Below are positions 46,997 through 54,972 of a DNA stretch of 60,220 bases, piece after piece. This stretch comes from a virus: the IMG/VR virus record IMGVR_UViG_3300045988_066950; one strand, given 5' to 3'. Each line of letters opens with the position of its first letter. The stretch's first letter is position 1. The notes under the pieces were generated by a model. That model saw nothing but the letters and a program-made list of their open reading frames with translations. It was not told where the DNA came from and searched no databases. The position numbers and the translations under genes are program-made.

Positions 46997-47332
46997 ATGG
47001 ATGAAATCAGAGACGCGATCTACCAGGCAACGGGCGTTTACGTTGACGGCGCAGCCGTTGCGGATGAAATCAGAGAGGCCATCAGCAGCAGCGGTGCAGA
47101 GCCTGGCCGCCAGTGGATCACCGGACAGGACAACGCGGCGGCGCGCTGGGAATATTTCGTCGACTATTCCCGCGACGATGAGCTGGACGAAAACGGCGAT
47201 TTGATCCAGTCCGACGAAACGATCCGGCTGCTTGAAATTTCCATTTTGCCGCGCAGTGCATCCACCAGCTTTGCAAAGGCCGGGCTGCCGCTGAACAAGG
47301 AGTTCAATGTCTCCCTCAACGTTGAGATTTAA
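46997..47332 (+). CDS. acidic hypothetical protein (acr-position gene)
   Basis: 111 aa from MDEIRDAIY, with an AAGGAG RBS. Asp/Glu-rich. Confidence 0.45.
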   Translation: MDEIRDAIYQATGVYVDGAAVADEIREAISSSGAEPGRQWITGQDNAAARWEYFVDYSRDDELDENGDLIQSDETIRLLEISILPRSASTSFAKAGLPLNKEFNVSLNVEI

Positions 47333-47346
47333 AAGGGGTGCGCCGC

Positions 47347-47553
47347 ATGGAAAAATCCGAAATAAAGGCTGCCCGTGAGCGTGCGGGCTACTCCATCCGC
47401 GTCTTTTCAGATCTTGCTGGGTGCTCCCCCTCAACGCTTCAAGATATTGAAAGCGGCAGGAAAGTGCCCCGCGTCGACACCCTCCGCAGGATTGCGGACG
47501 CTCTGGGCTGCACAATGGACAGCTTGTGGCCCTCTGCAAAGAGTAAAAAATAA
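47347..47553 (+). CDS. XRE-family HTH protein (aca-position gene)
   Basis: HTH region SIRVFSDLAGCSPSTLQDIESG. Starts 15 nt (ATG at 47347; 6 nt for the alternative GTG at 47338) after the upstream stop. Confidence 0.65.
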   Translation: MEKSEIKAARERAGYSIRVFSDLAGCSPSTLQDIESGRKVPRVDTLRRIADALGCTMDSLWPSAKSKK

Positions 47554-47556
47554 GAA

Positions 47557-47597
47557 AAGCGCTCAAACCGTATGGCTTGAGCGCTTTTCTTATTTTT
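47557..47597. terminator. bidirectional intrinsic terminator
   Basis: AAGCGCTCAA...TTGAGCGCTT stem with A/T runs on both sides, between convergent genes. Confidence 0.7.
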
Positions 47598-47859
47598 CCA
47601 CAATCTCCACTTTGACATCTATCCAGCCAAGATGCGCGTGTTTGATAGCGACAGGGAATACTCCGTCCTTTGGGCGGTAGACTTGTGCGCCGGACGGGGA
47701 AACATGAACGACACTCAAATCCTCCGTCTTATATATCATCGCCTCGCCGCTTTGCCCCACAACCCGCGTTGTAACCCGCATTAGGGTACGCAGGCTGTTA
47801 GATGCCGTAATGTATGCCCCAGCATCATACGGCCCCGGATGAATTGCGCAGTAGGTCAT
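47590..47859 (-). CDS. hypothetical protein
   Basis: 89-aa ORF. Confidence 0.4.
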   Translation of the reverse strand: MTYCAIHPGPYDAGAYITASNSLRTLMRVTTRVVGQSGEAMIYKTEDLSVVHVSPSGAQVYRPKDGVFPVAIKHAHLGWIDVKVEIVEK

Positions 47860-47891
47860 TAGAAATCACCTCTTTCAATGCTCTGATTTTT

Positions 47892-48101
47892 TCACCATTC
47901 TGTAATGCAATACGGGTCAGGGGCGATTGCTGGAACCGCTGCGATTGTTCCCGTTCTGCCGTGCTGCATCATCCATCGTTTACCGTGCCAGACTGCTTGA
48001 CTCTCTGTTTTGTAGGATTCACCGCCTCTTAATCCGAGGTCGTAGCCGTTGTTTGCCGCGATGTCCACTGCATCCGGCTCAAATTGCCAATCATACATCA
48101 T
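47892..48101 (-). CDS. hypothetical protein
   Basis: 69-aa ORF. Confidence 0.35.
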   Translation of the reverse strand: MMYDWQFEPDAVDIAANNGYDLGLRGGESYKTESQAVWHGKRWMMQHGRTGTIAAVPAIAPDPYCITEW

Positions 48102-48163
48102 CTTTTAGCTTTCCTCTCTAGCCTGCCATCATCAGCACCGGGCGGCGTTTCGGGTCTTTTTCA

Positions 48164-48319
48164 TCATTCTTGTTTATCCCTCCTAAATAATTTATTATAG
48201 CAAATTGGGCAAATATAACCGGGCGCACACTTTCCACCTATAACTGGAATGGGCTTTATAGCTTGCGAAAATGCCTTGTTACACATATAACAGCGTTTAG
48301 GGTTCTGTTCAAATTTCAT
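48164..48319 (-). CDS. small zinc-ribbon protein
   Basis: 51 aa from MKFEQNPKRCYMCNK...CPICYNK, with an AGGAGG RBS. Low GC. Confidence 0.45.
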   Translation of the reverse strand: MKFEQNPKRCYMCNKAFSQAIKPIPVIGGKCAPGYICPICYNKLFRRDKQE

Positions 48320-48395
48320 TATATAGACCTCCTTATATAAAAATGTCCCCGCACGGCGACTGTTCCCGTAGACACCCTTTGCAGGGTGTTTCGGC

Positions 48396-48620
48396 TTATA
48401 ACTTATCAGCGATTGGTGAACCCTCAAACACTTCTACAAGGACATCCCATTCTCGCTGATATGACATGATGGGTTCTCCCGCGTATTTGCCAACTTCAGG
48501 AATATATCCGAAATCAGGGCGAACCGGGCGCATGTCAGGAAGTCGCTTTTCAACGGGTTGCATCTGATTGATCTGATGGAGATAGTTGCGTATCTTCTTT
48601 TCATAAGTCTTACGTTTCAT
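48396..48620 (-). CDS. hypothetical protein (low GC)
   Basis: 74-aa ORF. Confidence 0.4.
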   Translation of the reverse strand: MKRKTYEKKIRNYLHQINQMQPVEKRLPDMRPVRPDFGYIPEVGKYAGEPIMSYQREWDVLVEVFEGSPIADKL

Positions 48621-48638
48621 TTTTTTGTTATCCTCCTG

Positions 48639-48980
48639 TTATTTAGATACTTTTTTGAAGTTGCCGAGAATCTTATCTGACATAATCGTTTTGAAAAAGG
48701 CATTTGCCCCATCTTTGGTATCGAAACTATAGCAAGTGCTGTTGCCGTATTTATTTGTGAGGGCGATTACAAACCTATCCCGATAACAATAATCTGTTAT
48801 GTCCTCGCCGGTTTCGGTGTTCGTGACGCGGTATATAACCTCGCCGTTACCATTCCGCTCCTCGGAAAAATCTTGAAAGATGCACTCCATCTTTACCCAG
48901 TCGGTGGCCTTATAAAAGGCGTTTGCATTTTTCCAGAGGGTGGATTCTCTGATATAGGTTGCAAGGACTGTTCTTTTCAT
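48639..48980 (-). CDS. hypothetical protein (low GC)
   Basis: 113-aa ORF with a GGAGGG RBS. Confidence 0.45.
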   Translation of the reverse strand: MKRTVLATYIRESTLWKNANAFYKATDWVKMECIFQDFSEERNGNGEVIYRVTNTETGEDITDYCYRDRFVIALTNKYGNSTCYSFDTKDGANAFFKTIMSDKILGNFKKVSK

Positions 48981-49019
48981 TTTGTTGCCCTCCTAGATGC
49001 TGTTTGTTTCGATGATTCT

Positions 49020-49125
49020 AGTATATAGTATATGCTTTCTATATACAATAGGCAAAGCCGCTAAAGATTCGGGCAAAAATGGCGGGATATGTTGTGCAAA
49101 ATGTATATAGCAAGCATATATGTAC
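49020..49125 (-). promoter_or_regulatory. inverted-repeat promoter module A
   Basis: Arms GTATATGCTTTCTATATAC (49028-49046) and GTATATAGCAAGCATATAT (49103-49121). Minus-strand promoter TTGCCT-N17-TATACT. Homologous to 51941-52045. Confidence 0.6.
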
Positions 49126-49164
49126 AAGAAAGCGCCCACAGGATGCCCTGCAGGCGCTATGCAG

Positions 49165-49644
49165 TTATTGATTATCCACGATCAGCATCGTAATGCCGGA
49201 ATCATCGTAGACATCGTGAATGATGCGCTGAACCTTGTCCCAGTCACCGCCAGCAATGCCGCATCCGATGCGGGCAGGAACGCCCACAATGTCATAATCA
49301 TTGAATACGGCGTAAACCCTCAGCAGGTCGAGCGCCTGCCGCAGATAGTTGTAGGCAGTCAGATCAAACGACCCATCAACCGGGGCGGGGAACTGCGTAA
49401 ACAGATTACAGATTTTCAGCTCCTCGCGCTTTGTGTCCAAAATCTGGATGCTACCCATCCACTCAGTTACTGGGAGCTTTGCGTTGTGACGGCATCTCTC
49501 CACATAGGCGCTCTGGGATTCTGGGGTCAGCAGCGGCCAGATTGCCGCCGCGATGCCGCCGCCCATCACTCCGAATGCATTCACCTGATGTGCTACAAGT
49601 GTAGCCTCGCAATTTAGTACATCGCCTTTGATGTATTTAACCAT
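49165..49644 (-). CDS. macrodomain protein (TARG1/Poa1p-like)
   Basis: Contains IKGDVLNCEATLVAHQVNAFGVMGGGIAAAI and PARIGCGIAGGDWDKV. GGAGG RBS. Confidence 0.7.
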   Translation of the reverse strand: MVKYIKGDVLNCEATLVAHQVNAFGVMGGGIAAAIWPLLTPESQSAYVERCRHNAKLPVTEWMGSIQILDTKREELKICNLFTQFPAPVDGSFDLTAYNYLRQALDLLRVYAVFNDYDIVGVPARIGCGIAGGDWDKVQRIIHDVYDDSGITMLIVDNQ

Positions 49645-49645
49645 T

Positions 49646-49915
49646 TCAGTTGTCCTCCTTGCTATATTTATAATCCCAAAAGCGCCTATCACTGTCAACA
49701 AAAAAGTCATCAACTTCCCACCGGGCATCGCAGGCTCGGTAGTTCTCACAGGCGGCAATACTTGCATCCATAGGGACACTCTTGCCGCGCTTACACCGAT
49801 TGCCGATTGTCCCGTCTCGCCGCATTACATAGTCAAGCGAACACTGATATAGGACACTGACAACAATGCGACCACCGCAAAGCGGACAACACTTGATAGC
49901 TTTCCCGGTTTTCAC
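49646..49915 (-). CDS. zinc-ribbon protein
   Basis: CCPLCGG plus further Cys residues. 89 aa. Confidence 0.4.
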   Translation of the reverse strand: MKTGKAIKCCPLCGGRIVVSVLYQCSLDYVMRRDGTIGNRCKRGKSVPMDASIAACENYRACDARWEVDDFFVDSDRRFWDYKYSKEDN

Positions 49916-50817
49916 TGTGCGACCTCCTCAATGGCCTTGATGGCCTGCTTTGCCGCATATCTGCCGTTGGCGGTGTTCTGCCGCTGCCACGCGCCCTGAG
50001 ACGGTGCCCAGCGGAAACCCCACTGCTTGACAATATCGCGTATCTCGGCGACGGGCTTATCATCAAAAACCAACTGCACCCGCTCCGGGGTAATGCGCAG
50101 AACACCGCCCGTAAAAGTCTGCTCAGAATCGCCCTGCGCCTGCTGCGCGTCCAGCACGGCGAGGCGGGAGCGCAGGCGGCGGATTTCGGCGCCGTTGTTA
50201 TCCAATGCCCATCTCGGATAGGGCGGCTCAGAACGCCCCGTAGACGCGCTCTGAGAGGCTGATGCGGTGAGGCGGGCAACTTCCTTGTCTGAAAGCCCCG
50301 GACAGCCTACGAGCGCCCCGTGCTTGCGCCAGTACGCATTTACGGATTTCATCTTCTCCTGCATGACCTCGCGCTCGGTGAGCTTTGCCTGTACGCGCTC
50401 CCGCGCATCGGCATCCATACCGCTGATGCCGCCGTGACCCACAGCCCGAATCTGGTCAAGGATGCCTCGAATATCCCGCCATTCCCGCATGAGGGTATCG
50501 TCACGGGAGAGTTGCTGCTGCTTCTTACGCACGGGGAAGTTAGACCATCCGGCGACCATGACAGACGGGCAAGATGCCCGGTTGCGATTTGATGCGTTCA
50601 TATTGTCGGCCAGTCGGCGGGCATAGCGGTCAAGCAGGTAGTCAATCTTATCCTGCTGGGCCTCGGTCTTGCCTTTCTTGCACTCCTCCGCCAGTGTAGC
50701 CGCTCGATCAACCTCTCGGCGGTATTCGCTGGTCGCTGATCCCTCAGCATAATCGCTGAGGCTGTTTGCCTGTTTGGCGCGGCGGGCCGCGCTTTCGTCG
50801 ATGGGGTAGTATTTCAT
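49912..50817 (-). CDS. DUF3560-like protein
   Basis: C-terminal VQLVFDDKPVAEIRDIVKQWGFRWAPSQGAWQR pattern. Confidence 0.55.
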   Translation of the reverse strand: MKYYPIDESAARRAKQANSLSDYAEGSATSEYRREVDRAATLAEECKKGKTEAQQDKIDYLLDRYARRLADNMNASNRNRASCPSVMVAGWSNFPVRKKQQQLSRDDTLMREWRDIRGILDQIRAVGHGGISGMDADARERVQAKLTEREVMQEKMKSVNAYWRKHGALVGCPGLSDKEVARLTASASQSASTGRSEPPYPRWALDNNGAEIRRLRSRLAVLDAQQAQGDSEQTFTGGVLRITPERVQLVFDDKPVAEIRDIVKQWGFRWAPSQGAWQRQNTANGRYAAKQAIKAIEEVAQ

Positions 50818-50842
50818 GGGAAAAACCTCCTTATAAACTGTG

Positions 50843-51058
50843 TTAGTTTTTTCTTATCAGTAAAGCATTTTTAGGTAGCACTAAAATGCAATCATCCATG
50901 TGTTCAACAATTCCAGTCGCAAGATGGAGACGACCCTCGGACGTTTTCATGTAAAAGTCGCTATTCTTACCATATTCAAACATATCACCACAATGTAAAT
51001 CCTTATAACGTACCTTTCCGCTGTCATCCTCATCAATTACAGTGTTCGTGTTATTCAT
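50843..51058 (-). CDS. hypothetical protein (low GC)
   Basis: 71-aa ORF. Confidence 0.35.
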   Translation of the reverse strand: MNNTNTVIDEDDSGKVRYKDLHCGDMFEYGKNSDFYMKTSEGRLHLATGIVEHMDDCILVLPKNALLIRKN

Positions 51059-51290
51059 CGACCTGCTCCTCCTTATTTTTGTTCTCGGTATAACCGGATG
51101 TGCTGATTGCGGTCAGGATGTCGAAATAGGGAACCTCATCACTGCAAATCCAGATGACGCGGGCCAGCTCCGTGATGGGAACACCACCCTTTGCCATTGT
51201 CAGTGCTTTTTCGTACTGGCGGACACTGCCGCAGGTGAACCACTGATATTTGTTGCACAGCTCGTAAATAATTGTTTCGTTGTTAATCAT
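51051..51290 (-). CDS. hypothetical protein
   Basis: 79-aa ORF. Confidence 0.35.
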   Translation of the reverse strand: MINNETIIYELCNKYQWFTCGSVRQYEKALTMAKGGVPITELARVIWICSDEVPYFDILTAISTSGYTENKNKEEQVDE

Positions 51291-51303
51291 GGTGTTTTCC
51301 TCC

Positions 51304-51669
51304 TTAAACGTCTATAGCGAAGTGATGGTATGCCATCCAGCGCCCGTTGCGCTTGAACAACTTGTAGAAAATGGTGAACATTTGACCCGTGCAGTCATAC
51401 TGCGATGGGACGCAATCACGATAATAGAGAGCGTTAAATTCGGCATCGGCATCCTCTTTTGTCTTAGCTGCCAAAGTGATAAGCTGCCATCCACTATCGT
51501 AGTCAGCCGTGATGATTTTGACACGGCCCTCTGGGCGATGGTAGAATGCCCGCAAATCCCGCTTGACATCGTCCACATAACTACGGACGGCTTTGCCTTG
51601 CGGCAAAGAGCGGAGATCGTAAAGAACGCGCTCATAAGACCTTGCGTCGTCAATGCAGGTGATTTTCAT
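51304..51669 (-). CDS. hypothetical protein
   Basis: 121-aa ORF. Confidence 0.4.
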   Translation of the reverse strand: MKITCIDDARSYERVLYDLRSLPQGKAVRSYVDDVKRDLRAFYHRPEGRVKIITADYDSGWQLITLAAKTKEDADAEFNALYYRDCVPSQYDCTGQMFTIFYKLFKRNGRWMAYHHFAIDV

Positions 51670-51680
51670 GTCTTACCTCC

Positions 51681-51896
51681 TCAATCTTCATACGGGCATT
51701 CAGGCTCAGCAGCGTTCAGGTCGTGGATGATCTCAAACTTGTTATCGACCCAAATCACGATGCCAGCTTTGGCGCTGGGCATCTTGAGGGCCGTGCCCAG
51801 ATACATATACTTGGTGCCGTATCCGTAGAGGATTTCGGCCTCGGTATAGGTGAGTTCCACGCGGTAGGTGCCGGAGTGTGTGCGGGTCGCTTTCAT
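51681..51896 (-). CDS. hypothetical protein
   Basis: 71-aa ORF, the first gene after module B, with an AGGAGG RBS. Confidence 0.4.
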   Translation of the reverse strand: MKATRTHSGTYRVELTYTEAEILYGYGTKYMYLGTALKMPSAKAGIVIWVDNKFEIIHDLNAAEPECPYED

Positions 51897-51940
51897 TTTG
51901 ATGTCCTCCTGTGTGTTGCCTTGTTTCTTTCGATGGCTCT

Positions 51941-52045
51941 ATTATAGTATATGCTTGCTATATACGCAATACTCAAATTCACCAAAGATTCGGGCAAATT
52001 AGGAGGGCGGCATTGTGCAAAATGTATATAGCAAGCATATACCTA
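51941..52045. promoter_or_regulatory. inverted-repeat promoter module B
   Basis: Perfect 19-bp arms GTATATGCTTGCTATATAC (51947-51965) and its reverse complement (52024-42). Minus-strand promoter TTGCGT-N17-TATAAT (51941-51969). Confidence 0.65.
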
Positions 52046-52084
52046 TATGTGTTATTATATTTTGGATAGGAGGTGTATCCCAAA

Positions 52085-52279
52085 ATGGGCGCAAAATACA
52101 CAGAGGCGCAGAAAGCGGCATCGCAAAAATATCTCGGCGAGAAAACCGACAGCATCCAGATCAGAACCCCCAAAGGCACAAAAGAGCGCTGGCGGGAGGC
52201 CGCGGCAGCGGCAGGAACATCCCTGAACCGTTACATCATGGATGCCGTAGAGGAGAAAATTGAAAAGCACCCCGAATGA
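52085..52279 (+). CDS. ribbon-helix-helix (Arc/CopG-like) DNA-binding protein
   Basis: 64 aa from MGAKYTEAQ. Contains IQIRTPKGTKERWREAAAAAGTSLNRYIMDAVEE. GGAGG RBS. Confidence 0.6.
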   Translation: MGAKYTEAQKAASQKYLGEKTDSIQIRTPKGTKERWREAAAAAGTSLNRYIMDAVEEKIEKHPE

Positions 52280-52284
52280 AAAAG

Positions 52285-52324
52285 GCCCATCAGCAGACCA
52301 TGAAATCTGCCGATGGGCTTTTTG
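52285..52324 (+). terminator. intrinsic terminator after the RHH gene
   Basis: GCCCATCAGCAGA...TCTGCCGATGGGC followed by TTTTTG. Confidence 0.75.
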
Positions 52325-52325
52325 C

Positions 52326-52660
52326 TATCCTGTGACACTCTCGCGCACGCGCGTATGCGCACCTGCAAACATGGGCGTTATGGCGTTTTTGGGTGTATAT
52401 TATACCATATATTATCTTTTTATATTTTAAGTGTCAGAAGTGTCATATATAGAAATAATAAGATGATATATCGGTAAAAATCCACATGACAAACCCACTG
52501 ACACACAGCAAAACTATGTCAGCGCGTGTCAGTTGAAAATCTGACGGACTGACACTTTCCGGGGCAAGTGTCAGCAAAAGTGTCACATGGAATATTTTGC
52601 GATGCAACGAAAAAAGCGGGTATCCCGCAAATAGGATGCCCGCGCAAGTGTCAGTTGGTA
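52326..52660. repeat. iteron/AT-rich module 2 (paralogue of 23554-23885)
   Basis: GTGTCAG/CTGACAC at 52431, 52498, 52526, 52549, 52568 and 52648, plus one-mismatch variants. Shares the string TTTTAAGTGTCAGAAGTGTCA and the CGCGCACGCGCGTAT block with module 1. Confidence 0.8.
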
Positions 52661-52673
52661 TGTCGGTCAGCGC

Positions 52674-52910
52674 TCAGGGCTTTTTTTCGCTCTGGGTACC
52701 GAAATAGAACGCCACTACCATCGTGGCGATGGTGAGAAACTTGTCCGGCTCGATACTCCCATTGACGGACAGCACAGCCAGCACCGCGATGATAACCAGC
52801 GTGATGATGGTTTTCACCTTGAGCAGCGCTGCAAGGTTTTTCCAAAAATCATGCACCGGGGATGTGTTGGTGGTGGTATCCTTGGTAGAGGTAATTTTTT
52901 TGTTGTCCAT
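52674..52910 (-). CDS. holin-like protein (two TM helices, charged C-terminus)
   Basis: 78 aa. Hydrophobic segments IITLVIIAVLAVLSV and FLTIATMVVAFYF. Sits in the lysis block. Confidence 0.55.
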   Translation of the reverse strand: MDNKKITSTKDTTTNTSPVHDFWKNLAALLKVKTIITLVIIAVLAVLSVNGSIEPDKFLTIATMVVAFYFGTQSEKKP

Positions 52911-52922
52911 GATTTATCCTCC

Positions 52923-53375
52923 TTACTCGGTTTCGATGCGGATGGGCAGCGCCTTGGCCCGTTTATAGAGTTCCGTGCCCGTTCCGTTGCCACCCTGACT
53001 GTGGTAGCTGTCGTATAAGTATTTCAGATTGTTCAGATCATCCTCGGTGATGTACCCGCGTTTGATGCACAGGCGGCACATCTGATAGATTCGATCATGC
53101 AGCACCGCCAGATTCCCTGTGTGTAGGTCGTTGACCGTTTTGCCCATCGCAGTCAACTGCCCCTCCACGGCATCCAGCCGGGGAGTGATTTGCTGAATCT
53201 GTGTTTTAAGGGCGCTGATTTCTGCGTTCTGGGCTTCTTCGGGGGCTTTGTGCTTTTTCCATTTCGCCAGCAGGGTGTCCCATGCTTTATCAATGGCTGT
53301 AAATGCCGTAGCTACGGCGACAACAGCTGTCACGACCTGCCACGGGGAAGTGATGACGATGTTCCACGACTGCAT
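52923..53375 (-). CDS. membrane-anchored coiled-coil protein (lysis-associated position)
   Basis: 150 aa with an N-terminal TM helix. Confidence 0.35.
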   Translation of the reverse strand: MQSWNIVITSPWQVVTAVVAVATAFTAIDKAWDTLLAKWKKHKAPEEAQNAEISALKTQIQQITPRLDAVEGQLTAMGKTVNDLHTGNLAVLHDRIYQMCRLCIKRGYITEDDLNNLKYLYDSYHSQGGNGTGTELYKRAKALPIRIETE

Positions 53376-53380
53376 CGGAT

Positions 53381-53680
53381 TTACACCTCCACAATGGGGA
53401 TGCCGTAGGCTACGGCGGCATCGTGTTCAATGTGGCATCCGCGATAATCCTGCCAGCCGGGGGCGAACACCACAAAATCAGCGGTGCCCAGCAGCTTGAG
53501 GCTTTCGCCCAGATACCACAGCGGCGTTGCGTCAGCCGGGGCGCCCTCGAAAAAGGATTCGATGACCTCGATTTCCTCATGGGTTTTCATGTACACATCG
53601 GCAATCAGCACCCTGCACTCTTTGATGATTTCCTCGTCAGCCCTGCCGCGCATCGGCTGAGAAATAAACAGTTTTTTCAT
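53381..53680 (-). CDS. DUF4406 / nucleoside 2-deoxyribosyltransferase-like protein
   Basis: MKKLFISQPMRG...DFVVFAPGWQDYRGCHIEHDAAVAYGIPI pattern. Confidence 0.5.
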   Translation of the reverse strand: MKKLFISQPMRGRADEEIIKECRVLIADVYMKTHEEIEVIESFFEGAPADATPLWYLGESLKLLGTADFVVFAPGWQDYRGCHIEHDAAVAYGIPIVEV

Positions 53681-53696
53681 AGATTTACCCCCCTTG

Positions 53697-54968
53697 TTAT
53701 GCCCACGAGCTCTTGTACAGCCCCGCATCCGTCAGGCCGCGGCTCTGGCACAGCAGGTAAATTGCATCCGCATCTCCCTGGCTCACCGGCCCGATGGTAA
53801 TCACTTGTAGCTTCCTTTCAGGCTTGTCCGCTGCGGGCAGGGCCTTGACCAGATGGTTCAAATCAACCTCCTCGGTGATGCCCGGCACGCCGCCCTTTGC
53901 GGTCTGGCTGTACTGGTGGATGTATCGCGGCAGGCTCGTGTCGTAGTTGGCGCGGGCGTCGGCCAGCCAGCCGATGTAGTCCTTGCACAGGCCCTCGTAG
54001 TCGATGTTTGCCGTGGCAAACGACGTAAACGTGTAGACGCCCGGCTGGTAGCCCAGCGCCGCCGCACGTACACAGAACGCTCGGGCGCAGGCCGTGCGCT
54101 GCGCCTTGGTCAGGTTGTCCGCACGGCCATCGTGGACGCCGGTCTTGGTTGTGTGTCCCCATTCGCTGTCGAAGAACAAGGGATAGCCTGTCGGGGCAAG
54201 GCTTGCGCAGAAATCAGCTTCCTCGCAGGCTTCGTCCACTGTGACCGCCTGTGAGAAGAAGTAAAAGCCGAACAGCTTCCCGCTTGCTTTCGCCCCTGCA
54301 AGGTTGGCATCGTACTGCTCGTCCTTCATCAGCTTTCCTGTGCCGTAGCCGCGATAGCCGATGCGGACAATAGCGCGGTAGGGAACTTTTGCCCAGTCAA
54401 TAGCGCCTTGATGGTGGGACACATCAATCAGCACTTCCTCGCCGCTGGGCTGTGCAGCGTCTGCGGGTTTTTCTACTGCGTGCTCACCCGGGCGGTACGT
54501 AAACACCTGGCTGCTTGCCGTGGTAAAGTCGCCGTCCAGCCACACCAGCGGATTCGTGCGGCTGCCGTTCAGAATGACTTCAAAGTGCAGGTGCGCTCCG
54601 AACACATTCCCGGTCACGCCAGAATAGCCGATAAGTTCGCCCTCTTTGACCTGCTGACCCAGCTTAACGCAATATCTGCTCAGGTGCGCGTACCGGGTCT
54701 GCAGGGGCTTTCCCTCGTAGGGCGCGTGCTTGAGTCTAACCATGTTGCCGTAGCTCTGCATCCCGGTTTTGGTATGGCCGTCCCAGTCCTGCACCTGATC
54801 CACGGTGCCGTCCTCGGCAGCGTAGACCGGCTGCGTGCTGGTATTGCCGATCTGGGTGCGCAGGTCGATGGCCCGGTGCATACTGCCGTCGTTGTAAAAC
54901 CATCCTTGTGTGACGATGTGCTGGGCCAGAGGCCACGCCAGCAGAACCTCACCATTAGACAGCCTCAT
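53697..54968 (-). CDS. endolysin: M23 peptidase plus GH25 muramidase
   Basis: N-terminal HRAIDL...GNVFGAHLHFEV (LytM/M23). Central IDVSHHQGAIDWAKV...GFYFFS (GH25). Confidence 0.8.
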   Translation of the reverse strand: MRLSNGEVLLAWPLAQHIVTQGWFYNDGSMHRAIDLRTQIGNTSTQPVYAAEDGTVDQVQDWDGHTKTGMQSYGNMVRLKHAPYEGKPLQTRYAHLSRYCVKLGQQVKEGELIGYSGVTGNVFGAHLHFEVILNGSRTNPLVWLDGDFTTASSQVFTYRPGEHAVEKPADAAQPSGEEVLIDVSHHQGAIDWAKVPYRAIVRIGYRGYGTGKLMKDEQYDANLAGAKASGKLFGFYFFSQAVTVDEACEEADFCASLAPTGYPLFFDSEWGHTTKTGVHDGRADNLTKAQRTACARAFCVRAAALGYQPGVYTFTSFATANIDYEGLCKDYIGWLADARANYDTSLPRYIHQYSQTAKGGVPGITEEVDLNHLVKALPAADKPERKLQVITIGPVSQGDADAIYLLCQSRGLTDAGLYKSSWA

Positions 54969-54972
54969 ATCC

